DNA of 64,000 nucleotides from IMG/VR virus record IMGVR_UViG_3300032315_000647, positions 50,746-114,745 of that record; one strand, written 5' to 3'. Positions within the stretch are counted from its first letter, which is position 1; each line of letters begins with the position of its first letter. Made by a program: the position numbers and the translations under genes. Shown piece after piece: positions 55,044-63,455 of the stretch. The DNA is from a virus. Under the pieces are notes generated by a model. That model was not told where the DNA came from, did not search any database, and saw nothing but the letters and a program-made list of their open reading frames with translations.

Positions 55044-57070
55044 TATATAAAAAGTTTACTTTTTTTTCTTGTATTAAACATTCCACGAGATTCTGTAAAC
55101 AGAATATTTTTATTATTGGGCTTAAAAATTGCATCTAATCTAGGATCAGAAGATCCTCCCACCTTACCTAGAATTGGATCCATTTTAAGAGCCTGAGCTA
55201 TCGCAAGCTCAGCAGCCACAATACGGTCAAAGTTTCCCTGATCATTATATTGGATGATTTCCTCCAGTAGAACAGGGTCAAATATCTTTGACACACCTGT
55301 CACTTCTTTTGTAATTTTCCCATCCTCATCTTTCTCCTGATATACAACACTTCCCATGTATTTCTTCAAGCAGTTATGGAGATAGTCTCTTATCTTTTCT
55401 GCTGAACGATGCACCCCATAATCACGCTTCACAGTTGTTCCAGGAACCACTTCTTTGAGCCAATCAGGTTGTTTCTCAAGGTAGTGGGCATCTCCTTTAG
55501 CTTTCATATATTCTATAAAGGAAATGTCATCATTTTCACACAATGTACGAGCATTGTAGTATTTGATGAGTAGACGAGCTTGTTCTTCCCATGTTTCCTT
55601 CTTATCAGGTCTTGCACAGTAGGAAGCAACAAACATATCCTGATACTTCTCTCCTGTTAAATCGTGCATCCTTTTATATATGTACACAGAGCCTAGAGAT
55701 GTAGAATATGCTGCTTGTCCTTGTCTATATGGATCCACTCCTGCAACATAGAGTCCGTATGGAGGATTTTCCATAGGAAATTCATATATTACAATAGGAG
55801 CATCCTTTGTATCACTATTCTTCAAAGGGAAGTTAGTGATTGGTTGTTTATCTGTGAATTCGTGAGTGATATTCTCACCATCATGAAATAAAACAACTGG
55901 AATTCCTGTACGCTCTTGCAAAAGCAATCTAGACTTCTGACGTTTAGCTGCTTCTATATCAAATATGTTTGTATCCTCATTCAGAAAAATATCATCCACC
56001 TCTAATGGGTAGTACATCTTTTCCTTTAGATAGGCAATCCTGTCTCCTGCCTTTTTCAACCTTTCTAGGTTGTTTGTGGTGATTTCAAGAGCCTTTTCAG
56101 GATTACTAACTAGCATTTTTACATTGTGAAGATCGTTTTCTTTAGGTTGTTCCAAAAACTCACCCAACGTACTCTCTTCTTTAGCCTCCATGCGATATTT
56201 ATACGAAATAAATAAGCCATGAACACGTTTTTCATCTTTTTCATTATTATAACTTAGGAAGTTAAAGTTGTCTGCGTCAAACATCAAACTTTTAGCATCC
56301 ATAAACTTCTTCATGTCACCACCTGTTCCTGTCAGGAGAGGAGAACATCCCCATCCATACGGAGTGGTGAAACCAGGAACAGCAGCTTGGAAACCTCTTA
56401 AGAAGTTCCCTTTACCAATCTCATCAATAATTAGTTTACGAGGTTTTGTACCTGCAATTGCTTCCTCATTATTTCCCTCATCTAGGTTACGAATAAGAAT
56501 TTGAGAGAAAGGGATACGTTCCCCTGATTTAGTTTTGATGCCTAATGTCACCTGATTCTTCCAATTATCTTCAACTCTCTGCCACCTCCATGCTTCTGGG
56601 AGGAAGTTAAGTCCCTTGTCAAGCTTGTCTGTAATAAGCTTAATATCAGGAGCATTCAGTCCAGCGATAATGTTTTGGGAGTTCTCATCAAAGGTGGCAC
56701 CCCATCCTATATAACTAGCCTCAAGTACGGATTTTGCAAAACGCCTGATTCCAAGAATGATGAGTCCTTTCTTCTCACGTTGTGCCCTGTCTATCTCATT
56801 TGTCACTATCCACTCATTATCTCTGAGCAGGGGATTGGCATATTTCTGAGATATTCTTCCTCTCTCATCAATAACATCCACCTCTGTGTGCCACACATTC
56901 ATGTGCCAGTATAGGAATGGGTTGATGTACACCCCACCCATCATACATCCATTGAGACATATATCTTTGTGAAAGTCAAAGAACTGTTTATATTCCACTG
57001 AATTGCGATCAGGGATGCGAGGCTGGTTTATTAACCAATCTTTATAGTCTATAGTTTTAATACCGTTCAT
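55043..57070 (-). CDS. terL: Terminase large subunit
   Basis: Walker A GIRRFAKS, Walker B LIIDEIGK, motif III TGTGG, nuclease VAGVDPY and NFDRIVA. Confidence 0.92.
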   Translation of the reverse strand: MNGIKTIDYKDWLINQPRIPDRNSVEYKQFFDFHKDICLNGCMMGGVYINPFLYWHMNVWHTEVDVIDERGRISQKYANPLLRDNEWIVTNEIDRAQREKKGLIILGIRRFAKSVLEASYIGWGATFDENSQNIIAGLNAPDIKLITDKLDKGLNFLPEAWRWQRVEDNWKNQVTLGIKTKSGERIPFSQILIRNLDEGNNEEAIAGTKPRKLIIDEIGKGNFLRGFQAAVPGFTTPYGWGCSPLLTGTGGDMKKFMDAKSLMFDADNFNFLSYNNEKDEKRVHGLFISYKYRMEAKEESTLGEFLEQPKENDLHNVKMLVSNPEKALEITTNNLERLKKAGDRIAYLKEKMYYPLEVDDIFLNEDTNIFDIEAAKRQKSRLLLQERTGIPVVLFHDGENITHEFTDKQPITNFPLKNSDTKDAPIVIYEFPMENPPYGLYVAGVDPYRQGQAAYSTSLGSVYIYKRMHDLTGEKYQDMFVASYCARPDKKETWEEQARLLIKYYNARTLCENDDISFIEYMKAKGDAHYLEKQPDWLKEVVPGTTVKRDYGVHRSAEKIRDYLHNCLKKYMGSVVYQEKDEDGKITKEVTGVSKIFDPVLLEEIIQYNDQGNFDRIVAAELAIAQALKMDPILGKVGGSSDPRLDAIFKPNNKNILFTESRGMFNTRKKSKLFI

Positions 57071-57402
57071 TTCCTACTCTTAAGGAAGTCTTCAGCCATA
57101 GAGCTCAATTCTCCATTACCTCTAACTTCCACCTTAGCTTCTTCCTTTTCACGCAGTTTATCTACCACCTCTAGAAGAGCAAGATAGTTCTTCATTGTCT
57201 CCTGGATGAATTTTCCCTGTGCCTCAATACTGGCAATCACCATAGGTAACATACCACCTTTAGCTGTAGGTTTCCATTCAATCCTGTCTTTCAGCTCATG
57301 AAGGGGATTAGCATCTACATAAGCTTTCCAACTTTGTAGCTGCTGTTCTGCCCAATCAAGCTCAGCATTTATGTATGTAGTTTTCTTAATAATCTTCGAC
57401 AT
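57067..57402 (-). CDS. Hypothetical protein, candidate terminase small subunit
   Basis: 111 aa, helical, overlaps the TerL start. Confidence 0.5.
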   Translation of the reverse strand: MSKIIKKTTYINAELDWAEQQLQSWKAYVDANPLHELKDRIEWKPTAKGGMLPMVIASIEAQGKFIQETMKNYLALLEVVDKLREKEEAKVEVRGNGELSSMAEDFLKSRK

Positions 57403-57676
57403 CTTCTTCTTTTAGAATATTATCCAGATCCATCCCATCCTTAATAATGCGATCAATTTCGCCCACATCATCCTTATGAGGGAAATCCATATTAAGCTCA
57501 GCTACGTATTTCTCAAGAGCAAATAGAAACTCCTTATCTGTCAATCCCCACACATCTCCATATTCATCCAAAGCTGTAGATATATGTCTACCCAGATTGT
57601 AACTGGGATAGCTTATGTGCAGCTGCTGGAGAAGTCCAAGAATTCTTTGATAATTGTTGGGTTTTCCCATATTCAA
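57386..57676 (-). CDS. Hypothetical protein
   Basis: 96 aa, tightly packed in the operon. Confidence 0.65.
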   Translation of the reverse strand: MNMGKPNNYQRILGLLQQLHISYPSYNLGRHISTALDEYGDVWGLTDKEFLFALEKYVAELNMDFPHKDDVGEIDRIIKDGMDLDNILKEEDVEDY

Positions 57677-57858
57677 ACATTAAGCACAATTCCTGAACTT
57701 GCTGCTGTAAACTTTGTCAAACTTGGCTTAACAATAGAATTGAGCAGTTTTTCAATCTCCTCATTAGCCAATGTTTTCACTTCCTTACTTACATCAGGCG
57801 TAGCTATCAGAGCTGCAAATTTTTCAATAACTATCCATGCCTCTACCACTGGATTCAT
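57673..57858 (-). CDS. Hypothetical protein
   Basis: 61 aa with ATGA-type overlaps at both ends. Confidence 0.6.
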   Translation of the reverse strand: MNPVVEAWIVIEKFAALIATPDVSKEVKTLANEEIEKLLNSIVKPSLTKFTAASSGIVLNV

Positions 57859-58142
57859 ATCAATTCGTTTAAATTGTCATCTGTTAAATCTATTGATGAA
57901 TCCTCATCCCCCTCCTCAGGAGATTCGTCATCAACATCACTGGTGTATTCATCCTTAATAATCACCATTAAATTATCCTGAGTATCTCCTACAACGCCCA
58001 CTAAATCAAAATAATCAGCCCCTCTTTCCCAGGCATCCTGAAGAATGTCCAAAATAGGCTTAATGGGGATTTTCGTAATCGTAACCTCGTTATTGTTTTC
58101 CATTGTCCTTCTTGATTTGTTCTTCTTGTTCCAATGTGGCAA
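57855..58142 (-). CDS. Acidic hypothetical protein (true start probably the internal MENNN, ~58103)
   Basis: Asp/Glu-rich C-terminus; fills the operon gap. Confidence 0.6.
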   Translation of the reverse strand: MPHWNKKNKSRRTMENNNEVTITKIPIKPILDILQDAWERGADYFDLVGVVGDTQDNLMVIIKDEYTSDVDDESPEEGDEDSSIDLTDDNLNELI

Positions 58143-58386
58143 CAGCTTCCCAAAAGTTTAACGGACAGCTGCATGAAAGACATTTGGTTTTTGCAGACAG
58201 CGTACATCCACATTCTGTGCAATGAGCGTCCACTCTAATTGTGCTGTAGTTTTTCTTGTTAGCAGAATGGTGTTCACACTGCTTACAAATGGAAATCCTC
58301 TCACTGCTGATTCTGTTGATTTCCTCCTTCAGCTTCTTGGGAGGAAGCAGATTGTTCCTCCATCCCTCGTAAATCTGTGAAAGCAT
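58090..58386 (-). CDS. Zinc-finger protein
   Basis: CKQC...CTECGC...KTKCLSCSCP..W Cys cluster. Confidence 0.7.
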   Translation of the reverse strand: MLSQIYEGWRNNLLPPKKLKEEINRISSERISICKQCEHHSANKKNYSTIRVDAHCTECGCTLSAKTKCLSCSCPLNFWEAVATLEQEEQIKKDNGKQ

Positions 58387-58765
58387 ACATCTTTGGTTTT
58401 AAGGCTTTTATATTCTCCTCGGCTGTCTCCAGCTTTTTTCTGGCATTGTGACGTTTCTGCTCTGATAAACACTCATCGTTGGCTATTTTGGAGAACAATG
58501 CTTTCTGGCTCTCAAACTTCTGCATTTGCTTAATTGCCTTCTTCTCATTGAACACAAACTTCCCAAACCCACTTATTTCCAAACTGTTGTTATTTAGCAG
58601 AGCCTCATGAGCTGATTGAAACTGATGGTTGACAACAGCCTCAATTGTCTTCTCACTGAGCAAAAGGGAGGGAGCCATTTTCCTAATTATCCAATCCTTA
58701 ATGGAAAGGCTAATTGGCTTATTGTTTGTGAAGGAGTCTGATTTCAAGAACGGCATCATTTTCAA
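58301..58765 (-). CDS. HU/IHF-like DNA-binding protein
   Basis: LEISGFGKFVF HU signature with helical N-terminus. Confidence 0.7.
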   Translation of the reverse strand: MKMMPFLKSDSFTNNKPISLSIKDWIIRKMAPSLLLSEKTIEAVVNHQFQSAHEALLNNNSLEISGFGKFVFNEKKAIKQMQKFESQKALFSKIANDECLSEQKRHNARKKLETAEENIKALKPKMYAFTDLRGMEEQSASSQEAEGGNQQNQQ

Positions 58766-59066
58766 AATTTAATAATATCACAGGATTCACCTTCACCTTC
58801 GTTCCATCCTTAACCAGAATTCCCATTTTCTTCAGCCTGGAAATAATGTTGTTTATAGAAGCATTTGTTGTGCCATGCTTCTCACAAAATTCCTTCCTTA
58901 TATTAGCATAGGAAATATTTCCCTTGACAGCTGTAAAAGCTACAAGCTGAACTTCCCTCTGTGTAAGCTTAAGATTGTTAACAGCAGAAATAATCATATA
59001 ATACCTCTCAGCTAATTGGTATTCATCTTTCTCCTGTCTCTTAAGCTTTTGTAATATCAGCTTCAT
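58719..59066 (-). CDS. Winged-helix DNA-binding protein
   Basis: LTQREVQLV...RKEFCEKHGTTNASINNIISRLKKMGIL wHTH pattern; first gene of the late arm. Confidence 0.65.
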   Translation of the reverse strand: MKLILQKLKRQEKDEYQLAERYYMIISAVNNLKLTQREVQLVAFTAVKGNISYANIRKEFCEKHGTTNASINNIISRLKKMGILVKDGTKVKVNPVILLNFENDAVLEIRLLHKQ

Positions 59067-59083
59067 GAACTATGTAATTACTA

Positions 59084-59115
59084 CAAAGATAGATGGTATA
59101 TATAACATCATCAAA
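59084..59115 (-). promoter_or_regulatory. Consensus Bacteroidota promoter driving the late arm
   Basis: -7 TATCTTTG (59084-59091) and -33 TTTG (59112-59115), 20-nt spacer. Confidence 0.75.
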
Positions 59116-59495
59116 TACAATAATTTATGCAATTGCTATATTATGCCTTTTTTCTTCAAGAATACTGAAAATCCCATTATTGTCTTTGCTTACTGAGGAA
59201 GACCTTAATTCCCTCATTCCCCACCCTCCACCCCAAAGATAGGGGGAATATAATTAACACAGAAATATCGCTTCCTATATATAGAATGTATATAAGAGAA
59301 ATCGTCAAGCTATCCCTTTACAAACATGCCCCCTATGTAAAGCTATTGTTTTACAAAGCCCCCCCTTATTTCCTGCAATATGGAAAATCCCCCCTGTAGG
59401 TGATGGGTGAGGCTACTTCCAGCAACAACCCCACGCATGTTTGGAGATTGTGGGGTAGTCCCCCCATTTATTATTAACCTTATCAATTTTATGTT

Positions 59496-59894
59496 ATGGC
59501 TTTGAATTACGTTAAGTACGAACGCACAGACCGCAAATCTTTGGGAACTGTAGCAGAATTGTTGGGACCTGGTGGTAGCTATCGTCCAGCTAGCATGGCT
59601 AACTGGACTTCAGCCAAGCGCGTTGCGCTTGTCTTCATTAACAAGGCAGGAGAGTCCTGCCTTGTACTGTGCTCACCACAAGTGAGCGAGAAGCTCCGCT
59701 CCAAGGAGCTTCGCTTGTCTCAACTGCAATCGTTTGAGGTGTGCGAATTCATCACTGATAGTGGTAAGATTGTTAACACCATTGTAATGCCTAGTGTTGC
59801 TACCAACATGCCTAGCGTTGAGATTGGTGCGCAGCCTGTGGCTGCTTACCAACCCACTCAACGCTTCTCTCATGAGGAGCTAATTGCCTTCTAA
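59496..59894 (+). CDS. First early-arm protein, hypothetical (132 aa)
   Basis: A/T-rich leader; GC-richer, strongly biased codons; followed by a strong hairpin. Confidence 0.8.
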   Translation: MALNYVKYERTDRKSLGTVAELLGPGGSYRPASMANWTSAKRVALVFINKAGESCLVLCSPQVSEKLRSKELRLSQLQSFEVCEFITDSGKIVNTIVMPSVATNMPSVEIGAQPVAAYQPTQRFSHEELIAF

Positions 59895-59930
59895 TGCTGC
59901 GAGAGCCCCTTCGGGGGCTCTCTTGCATTA
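59892..59930 (+). terminator. Strong stem-loop with cUUCGg tetraloop
   Basis: GAGAGCCCC-TTCG-GGGGCTCTC, extended by TAATGC/GCATTA; weak U-tail. Confidence 0.65.
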
Positions 59931-60128
59931 TATATAGGGTGGGAAACATGAAATGTTTTATAGGGTGGGCTTTTGGAAAGCAAAAAGAATAGGAATAATA
60001 ATGTAAATGGGAATGTAAATAGGTTGATGTAAGACCCATTCATATACAACATAGGAAATAATGTAGCTATGCAAAACAGAATTGCATGGCATATATATAG
60101 CAATTATTAACTATTTAATTGAATAATC

Positions 60129-60341
60129 ATGAACACATCAGTTCGAGGTATTATAGGCAATACTGTCTACCTATATATGCATGGTGAAAGAGTGGCAGTG
60201 GAATGTTCTATCTCCAATAAGTCTAAAAAAGATTTGTTGGAACATGGAGGAGTGAAAGAATACACATCTTTTGATGAGATGATGGATGATGACAACTTCT
60301 CATTTGAACAAGTTCTTAAAGAATTAAACTTAAGAAAATGA
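60129..60341 (+). CDS. Hypothetical early protein
   Basis: 70 aa; ATGA overlap with the next gene. Confidence 0.65.
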   Translation: MNTSVRGIIGNTVYLYMHGERVAVECSISNKSKKDLLEHGGVKEYTSFDEMMDDDNFSFEQVLKELNLRK

Positions 60342-60619
60342 AATATTATTCTTACGGAGATGTTGTCATGCCATTTGAAGATGGGACACATTATAAACAC
60401 ATTGTGTCTCATATGAGATTCATATTGGACAATAACAGTATAATGATAGAGGACATTGAAGAATGTTCTCAAGATGATTATATTGCTTATTTAGAGGAAT
60501 GGATTAGGAGAGCAGACAATGACATTAAAAACCTTAAAAAGGTGATGTCTACAAATTATTCCTCTATAGATGTAGAAGGATTATACGGAGAGGGTTATGA
60601 TAGGTCTCTTCCATTGTAA
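60338..60619 (+). CDS. Hypothetical acidic early protein
   Basis: 93 aa. Confidence 0.65.
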   Translation: MKYYSYGDVVMPFEDGTHYKHIVSHMRFILDNNSIMIEDIEECSQDDYIAYLEEWIRRADNDIKNLKKVMSTNYSSIDVEGLYGEGYDRSLPL

Positions 60620-60761
60620 TATATTGTCCTCAGCATGACGTTAAACTGCTGAATTTCTAATGCATATTGTAACATCAGGGCTCTGTTTCCTGTCTATGAA
60701 GTTTTGCAGAATTGCAAAATGGAGAGAAAGCAATAAAATTGTTACAATGTGCATTTAGAAC

Positions 60762-60805
60762 AGGCTACATATTAGGAGAAATTCTAATGTGTAGCCTTTT
60801 ATTTT
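60762..60805 (+). terminator. Intrinsic terminator
   Basis: AGGCTACATATTAG...CTAATGTGTAGCCT followed by TTTATTTT. Confidence 0.75.
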
Positions 60806-60842
60806 GTCATTTTTATTCTAAACCCCATAAATTGTAAATGTT

Positions 60843-61103
60843 ATGACGCATCATTTGATGTTTTTGATGGCAGCAGCCACAGACACAGAAACAATTGTTA
60901 GCCATCTTAAGGATGCAGCACAAGATGTCATTCTGTTTCCTGATGATCAGGAAAAGAAAGAGCATCTTGTTATGCACTGTATGATGTTTCTTTTAAATCA
61001 CCAATCAGGAGGTGATGTTTCTAAAGCCATGCAAATGGCTAAGGATGTTGACAATAGAGAGAAAAAGCTCTCTATGTTTGACATTGAAGATCTCCTGAAC
61101 TAA
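60843..61103 (+). CDS. Hypothetical early protein
   Basis: 86 aa, helical. Confidence 0.7.
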   Translation: MTHHLMFLMAAATDTETIVSHLKDAAQDVILFPDDQEKKEHLVMHCMMFLLNHQSGGDVSKAMQMAKDVDNREKKLSMFDIEDLLN

Positions 61104-61111
61104 TGTCTTTT

Positions 61112-61144
61112 AAGAACTGTCTATTTCACCAATAGGCAGTTCTT
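61112..61144 (+). terminator. 14-bp intergenic stem-loop
   Basis: AAGAACTGTCTATT-TCACC-AATAGGCAGTTCTT. Confidence 0.55.
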
Positions 61145-61174
61145 CCTTCCTAAACCTAACAAAATCATTTAGTT

Positions 61175-61384
61175 ATGAAATCTCAATTCAAAGCAAATTT
61201 ATTGCTCACCATCATTTTCGCTATTCTACCATTTATTTTAGTATGGATAGCGTTCTTTATGACATTCTTCGCCTTTAGCAGTGTAGATGTGTTTACATCT
61301 CCTGTATTTTGGGGATTGTCATGTATATATTGGTTCATTTATATATGTGCTGCTATTCCAGCTATATGGGATGATAATAAATAA
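61175..61384 (+). CDS. Small two-TM membrane protein
   Basis: Two hydrophobic segments. Confidence 0.7.
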   Translation: MKSQFKANLLLTIIFAILPFILVWIAFFMTFFAFSSVDVFTSPVFWGLSCIYWFIYICAAIPAIWDDNK

Positions 61385-61405
61385 CATTATAAAAATCAAT
61401 TCATT

Positions 61406-61753
61406 ATGAAAGAGTTTATGTACAATTTGCAAGCAGTCAATATTAAGATTGCTCGCTATGGGAATGGTCGTAAGGCCATTCAGCTCTACAGTGCTGTAGA
61501 TAAAATGCCTGTAATGACAGCCACAATGAATGTCTCTGAGAAAGAGGTGGGCATTGAGGATGTTATTATTAAGGATTATTCTGAGAACATGGGCATTTAT
61601 GAATGGCTCTTGAACAAGAACATTATTGAACCAGCTCATGCATTGTATGAATTGGCATTTGATAGTGTTCCTGTGTGTAAATTGCTTCCTGAGGAAGAAT
61701 GGCATGATGAGAGTTTTCAATACGATCAGGACCTCTATGATTTCATTGATTAA
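61406..61753 (+). CDS. Hypothetical protein (DUF4313-like)
   Basis: YGNGRKAIQL...ATMNV...VIIKDYSENMGIYEWLLNKNII pattern common in phage early genes. Confidence 0.65.
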   Translation: MKEFMYNLQAVNIKIARYGNGRKAIQLYSAVDKMPVMTATMNVSEKEVGIEDVIIKDYSENMGIYEWLLNKNIIEPAHALYELAFDSVPVCKLLPEEEWHDESFQYDQDLYDFID

Positions 61754-61762
61754 CAACATCTT

Positions 61763-62005
61763 ATGAGATATATAATTGCAGCAATCATTTTGTTCTTAGG
61801 ACTTCCATTAATACACCTATTGTTCACTACATTATTATTCATCATTGGTAATGAGAATGATTTTGTTGTTCTCCTAAGGAAGAATGATATAAAAGTGGGC
61901 AGTTTATTCATGTGGTTAACCATATTGTATGTAGTGATAATGGAAGTGATAAGACTAGACGATGAGGACGATGATAATAATAATCAACGTCCTGTAATAT
62001 TTTAG
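61763..62005 (+). CDS. Small membrane protein
   Basis: Two hydrophobic segments and an acidic tail. Confidence 0.65.
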   Translation: MRYIIAAIILFLGLPLIHLLFTTLLFIIGNENDFVVLLRKNDIKVGSLFMWLTILYVVIMEVIRLDDEDDDNNNQRPVIF

Positions 62006-62010
62006 GGTTT

Positions 62011-62056
62011 AGGTGGGAGGATCTCTATTCTTATGAATACGTAGATCCTCTCACTT
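62011..62056 (+). terminator. Intergenic long stem-loop
   Basis: AGGTGGGAGGATCT...AGATCCTCTCACTT with inner TATTC/GAATA, followed by T-rich sequence. Confidence 0.55.
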
Positions 62057-62102
62057 ATTATCTATTTATTCTATTTAATTTTACACATAAATCGCAGTTA
62101 TT

Positions 62103-62309
62103 ATGTCAAAACTGAATTTAGTAGTGCTTGATGTGCAAAAAACAGGCATCAAGTCACATGGTCCTACAGATGATAGTGGGGCAGTGAGAATCCTCATGAA
62201 AATATGTCAAGATCAACCTCTTGCATATTTTGAGCAAGTTCCAGGATTGTACATTGCTGACTTAGAGACAGGAACAATTAGAAAACCTGTTTTAAAATTA
62301 GAGATATGA
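62103..62309 (+). CDS. Hypothetical protein
   Basis: 68 aa; ATGA overlap with thyX. Confidence 0.65.
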   Translation: MSKLNLVVLDVQKTGIKSHGPTDDSGAVRILMKICQDQPLAYFEQVPGLYIADLETGTIRKPVLKLEI

Positions 62310-62983
62310 ACAACACTGTAGAACTAATAGGCTGGTATGGAAGTGATGAAGTTCATGCTCAAAGTGCTTGGACATCAACAAATAGGGATTTAACACCTGA
62401 AAAGGTGGAAAGAATCCCTAATTTGTTAGAGATGTTGGCAGAGAATGGTCATGAAACACCATTTGAGAAGTCAAGCTTGCATTTTCTGGTTACATGTGAT
62501 CAAGCATCACATATACACTTGCTTAAGCATAGGATAGGTGTAAGTATTAATGCAGAGAGTGCAAGGTATAAGGAGTTGAAAGAGGACAAGTTTTATGTTC
62601 CTGAAGATTGGGATGATATACCATATAATGGATACCCAAATTATCCTTTCATGTTTAAAGATGGTACAAAATTGGATTGGATTGAAATACTTAACAACTA
62701 TACAAAAATTGGTAATCAACTATACCACGATTGTTTAGATGATTTAACACCTATTTTAGGAAGGAAAAGAGCAAAGGAATCAGCAAGGTTCTTCAAGACC
62801 ATGAATAGCCAAATCACTATGGATGTGATGTTTAACTTTAGGTCATTTGTTCACTTTCAAATGCTGAGAAATCATCATGATGCCCAGTTGGAGATTGCTG
62901 ATATAGCACAGAACATGTTAATGCTTGTTAAGAACATAGAAGGAAAACCATTTGAGCATACACTAAAAGCCTTTAAACTGTGA
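62306..62983 (+). CDS. thyX: Flavin-dependent thymidylate synthase
   Basis: GHETPFE, KHRIGVSINAESARY (RHRx7SxR-like), AKESAR, NFRSFVHFQMLR..HAQLEI. Confidence 0.9.
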   Translation: MNNTVELIGWYGSDEVHAQSAWTSTNRDLTPEKVERIPNLLEMLAENGHETPFEKSSLHFLVTCDQASHIHLLKHRIGVSINAESARYKELKEDKFYVPEDWDDIPYNGYPNYPFMFKDGTKLDWIEILNNYTKIGNQLYHDCLDDLTPILGRKRAKESARFFKTMNSQITMDVMFNFRSFVHFQMLRNHHDAQLEIADIAQNMLMLVKNIEGKPFEHTLKAFKL

Positions 62984-63258
62984 AATACAGAATAAACGAG
63001 ATCAAGTACAAAGGCAAGACAATGTACGAACCTCAAGTCTGCAAAAAAGTAAAGACTAAAATACCAACAGGGGAGTGGGAAGTAGTAGAGACTTGGGATA
63101 GGATTATAGGAAAATATAGTATTATCACTTATGAAACTTATTATTACACGCTTCCAACAACTATAGAAGAAGCAGAGGAAGTAATAAAAGAGTACCACAG
63201 AAAACTTCAACCACCTACAGAACCCATCATCAAGACAATAAAAGAGTTTGAGCTATGA
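62980..63258 (+). CDS. Hypothetical protein
   Basis: 92 aa; GTGA overlap with thyX. Confidence 0.65.
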   Translation: MKYRINEIKYKGKTMYEPQVCKKVKTKIPTGEWEVVETWDRIIGKYSIITYETYYYTLPTTIEEAEEVIKEYHRKLQPPTEPIIKTIKEFEL

Positions 63259-63328
63259 AAAAGTCAACATGGATTGTATTAGGAACAACGTATGTAGGTC
63301 TTATTATTTACACATTAAACCAATTATT

Positions 63329-63454
63329 ATGAAAAAACTCATTATTTTAGTAGTTATTGCTATATTAGTGTTGCAAAGCTGTGCAACAGGATATGGCTGC
63401 AGAGGAAGATCAAAAGACATGACAGGAACATCAGGACGTTTCAAAGCAATATAA
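63329..63454 (+). CDS. Small lipoprotein (41 aa)
   Basis: Internal ATG of track ORF 63248-63454 gives MKKLIILVVIAILVLQSC (signal peptide II, lipobox LQSC) behind an AAACCAA leader. Confidence 0.7.
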   Translation: MKKLIILVVIAILVLQSCATGYGCRGRSKDMTGTSGRFKAI

Positions 63455-63455
63455 C

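Noticed and set aside
12171-57070. Introns or inteins in RNAP, MCP, portal or TerL
   Set aside because: ORFs are uninterrupted, TerL/portal/MCP are of ordinary size, and I saw no C...HN intein ends or homing-endonuclease motifs
59673-62719. Minus-strand ORFs in the early arm
   Set aside because: They overlap better-supported plus-strand genes or structured intergenic DNA
63248-63328. 5' extension of the lipoprotein ORF given in the track
   Set aside because: ATG at 63329 gives a canonical signal peptide behind a typical leader
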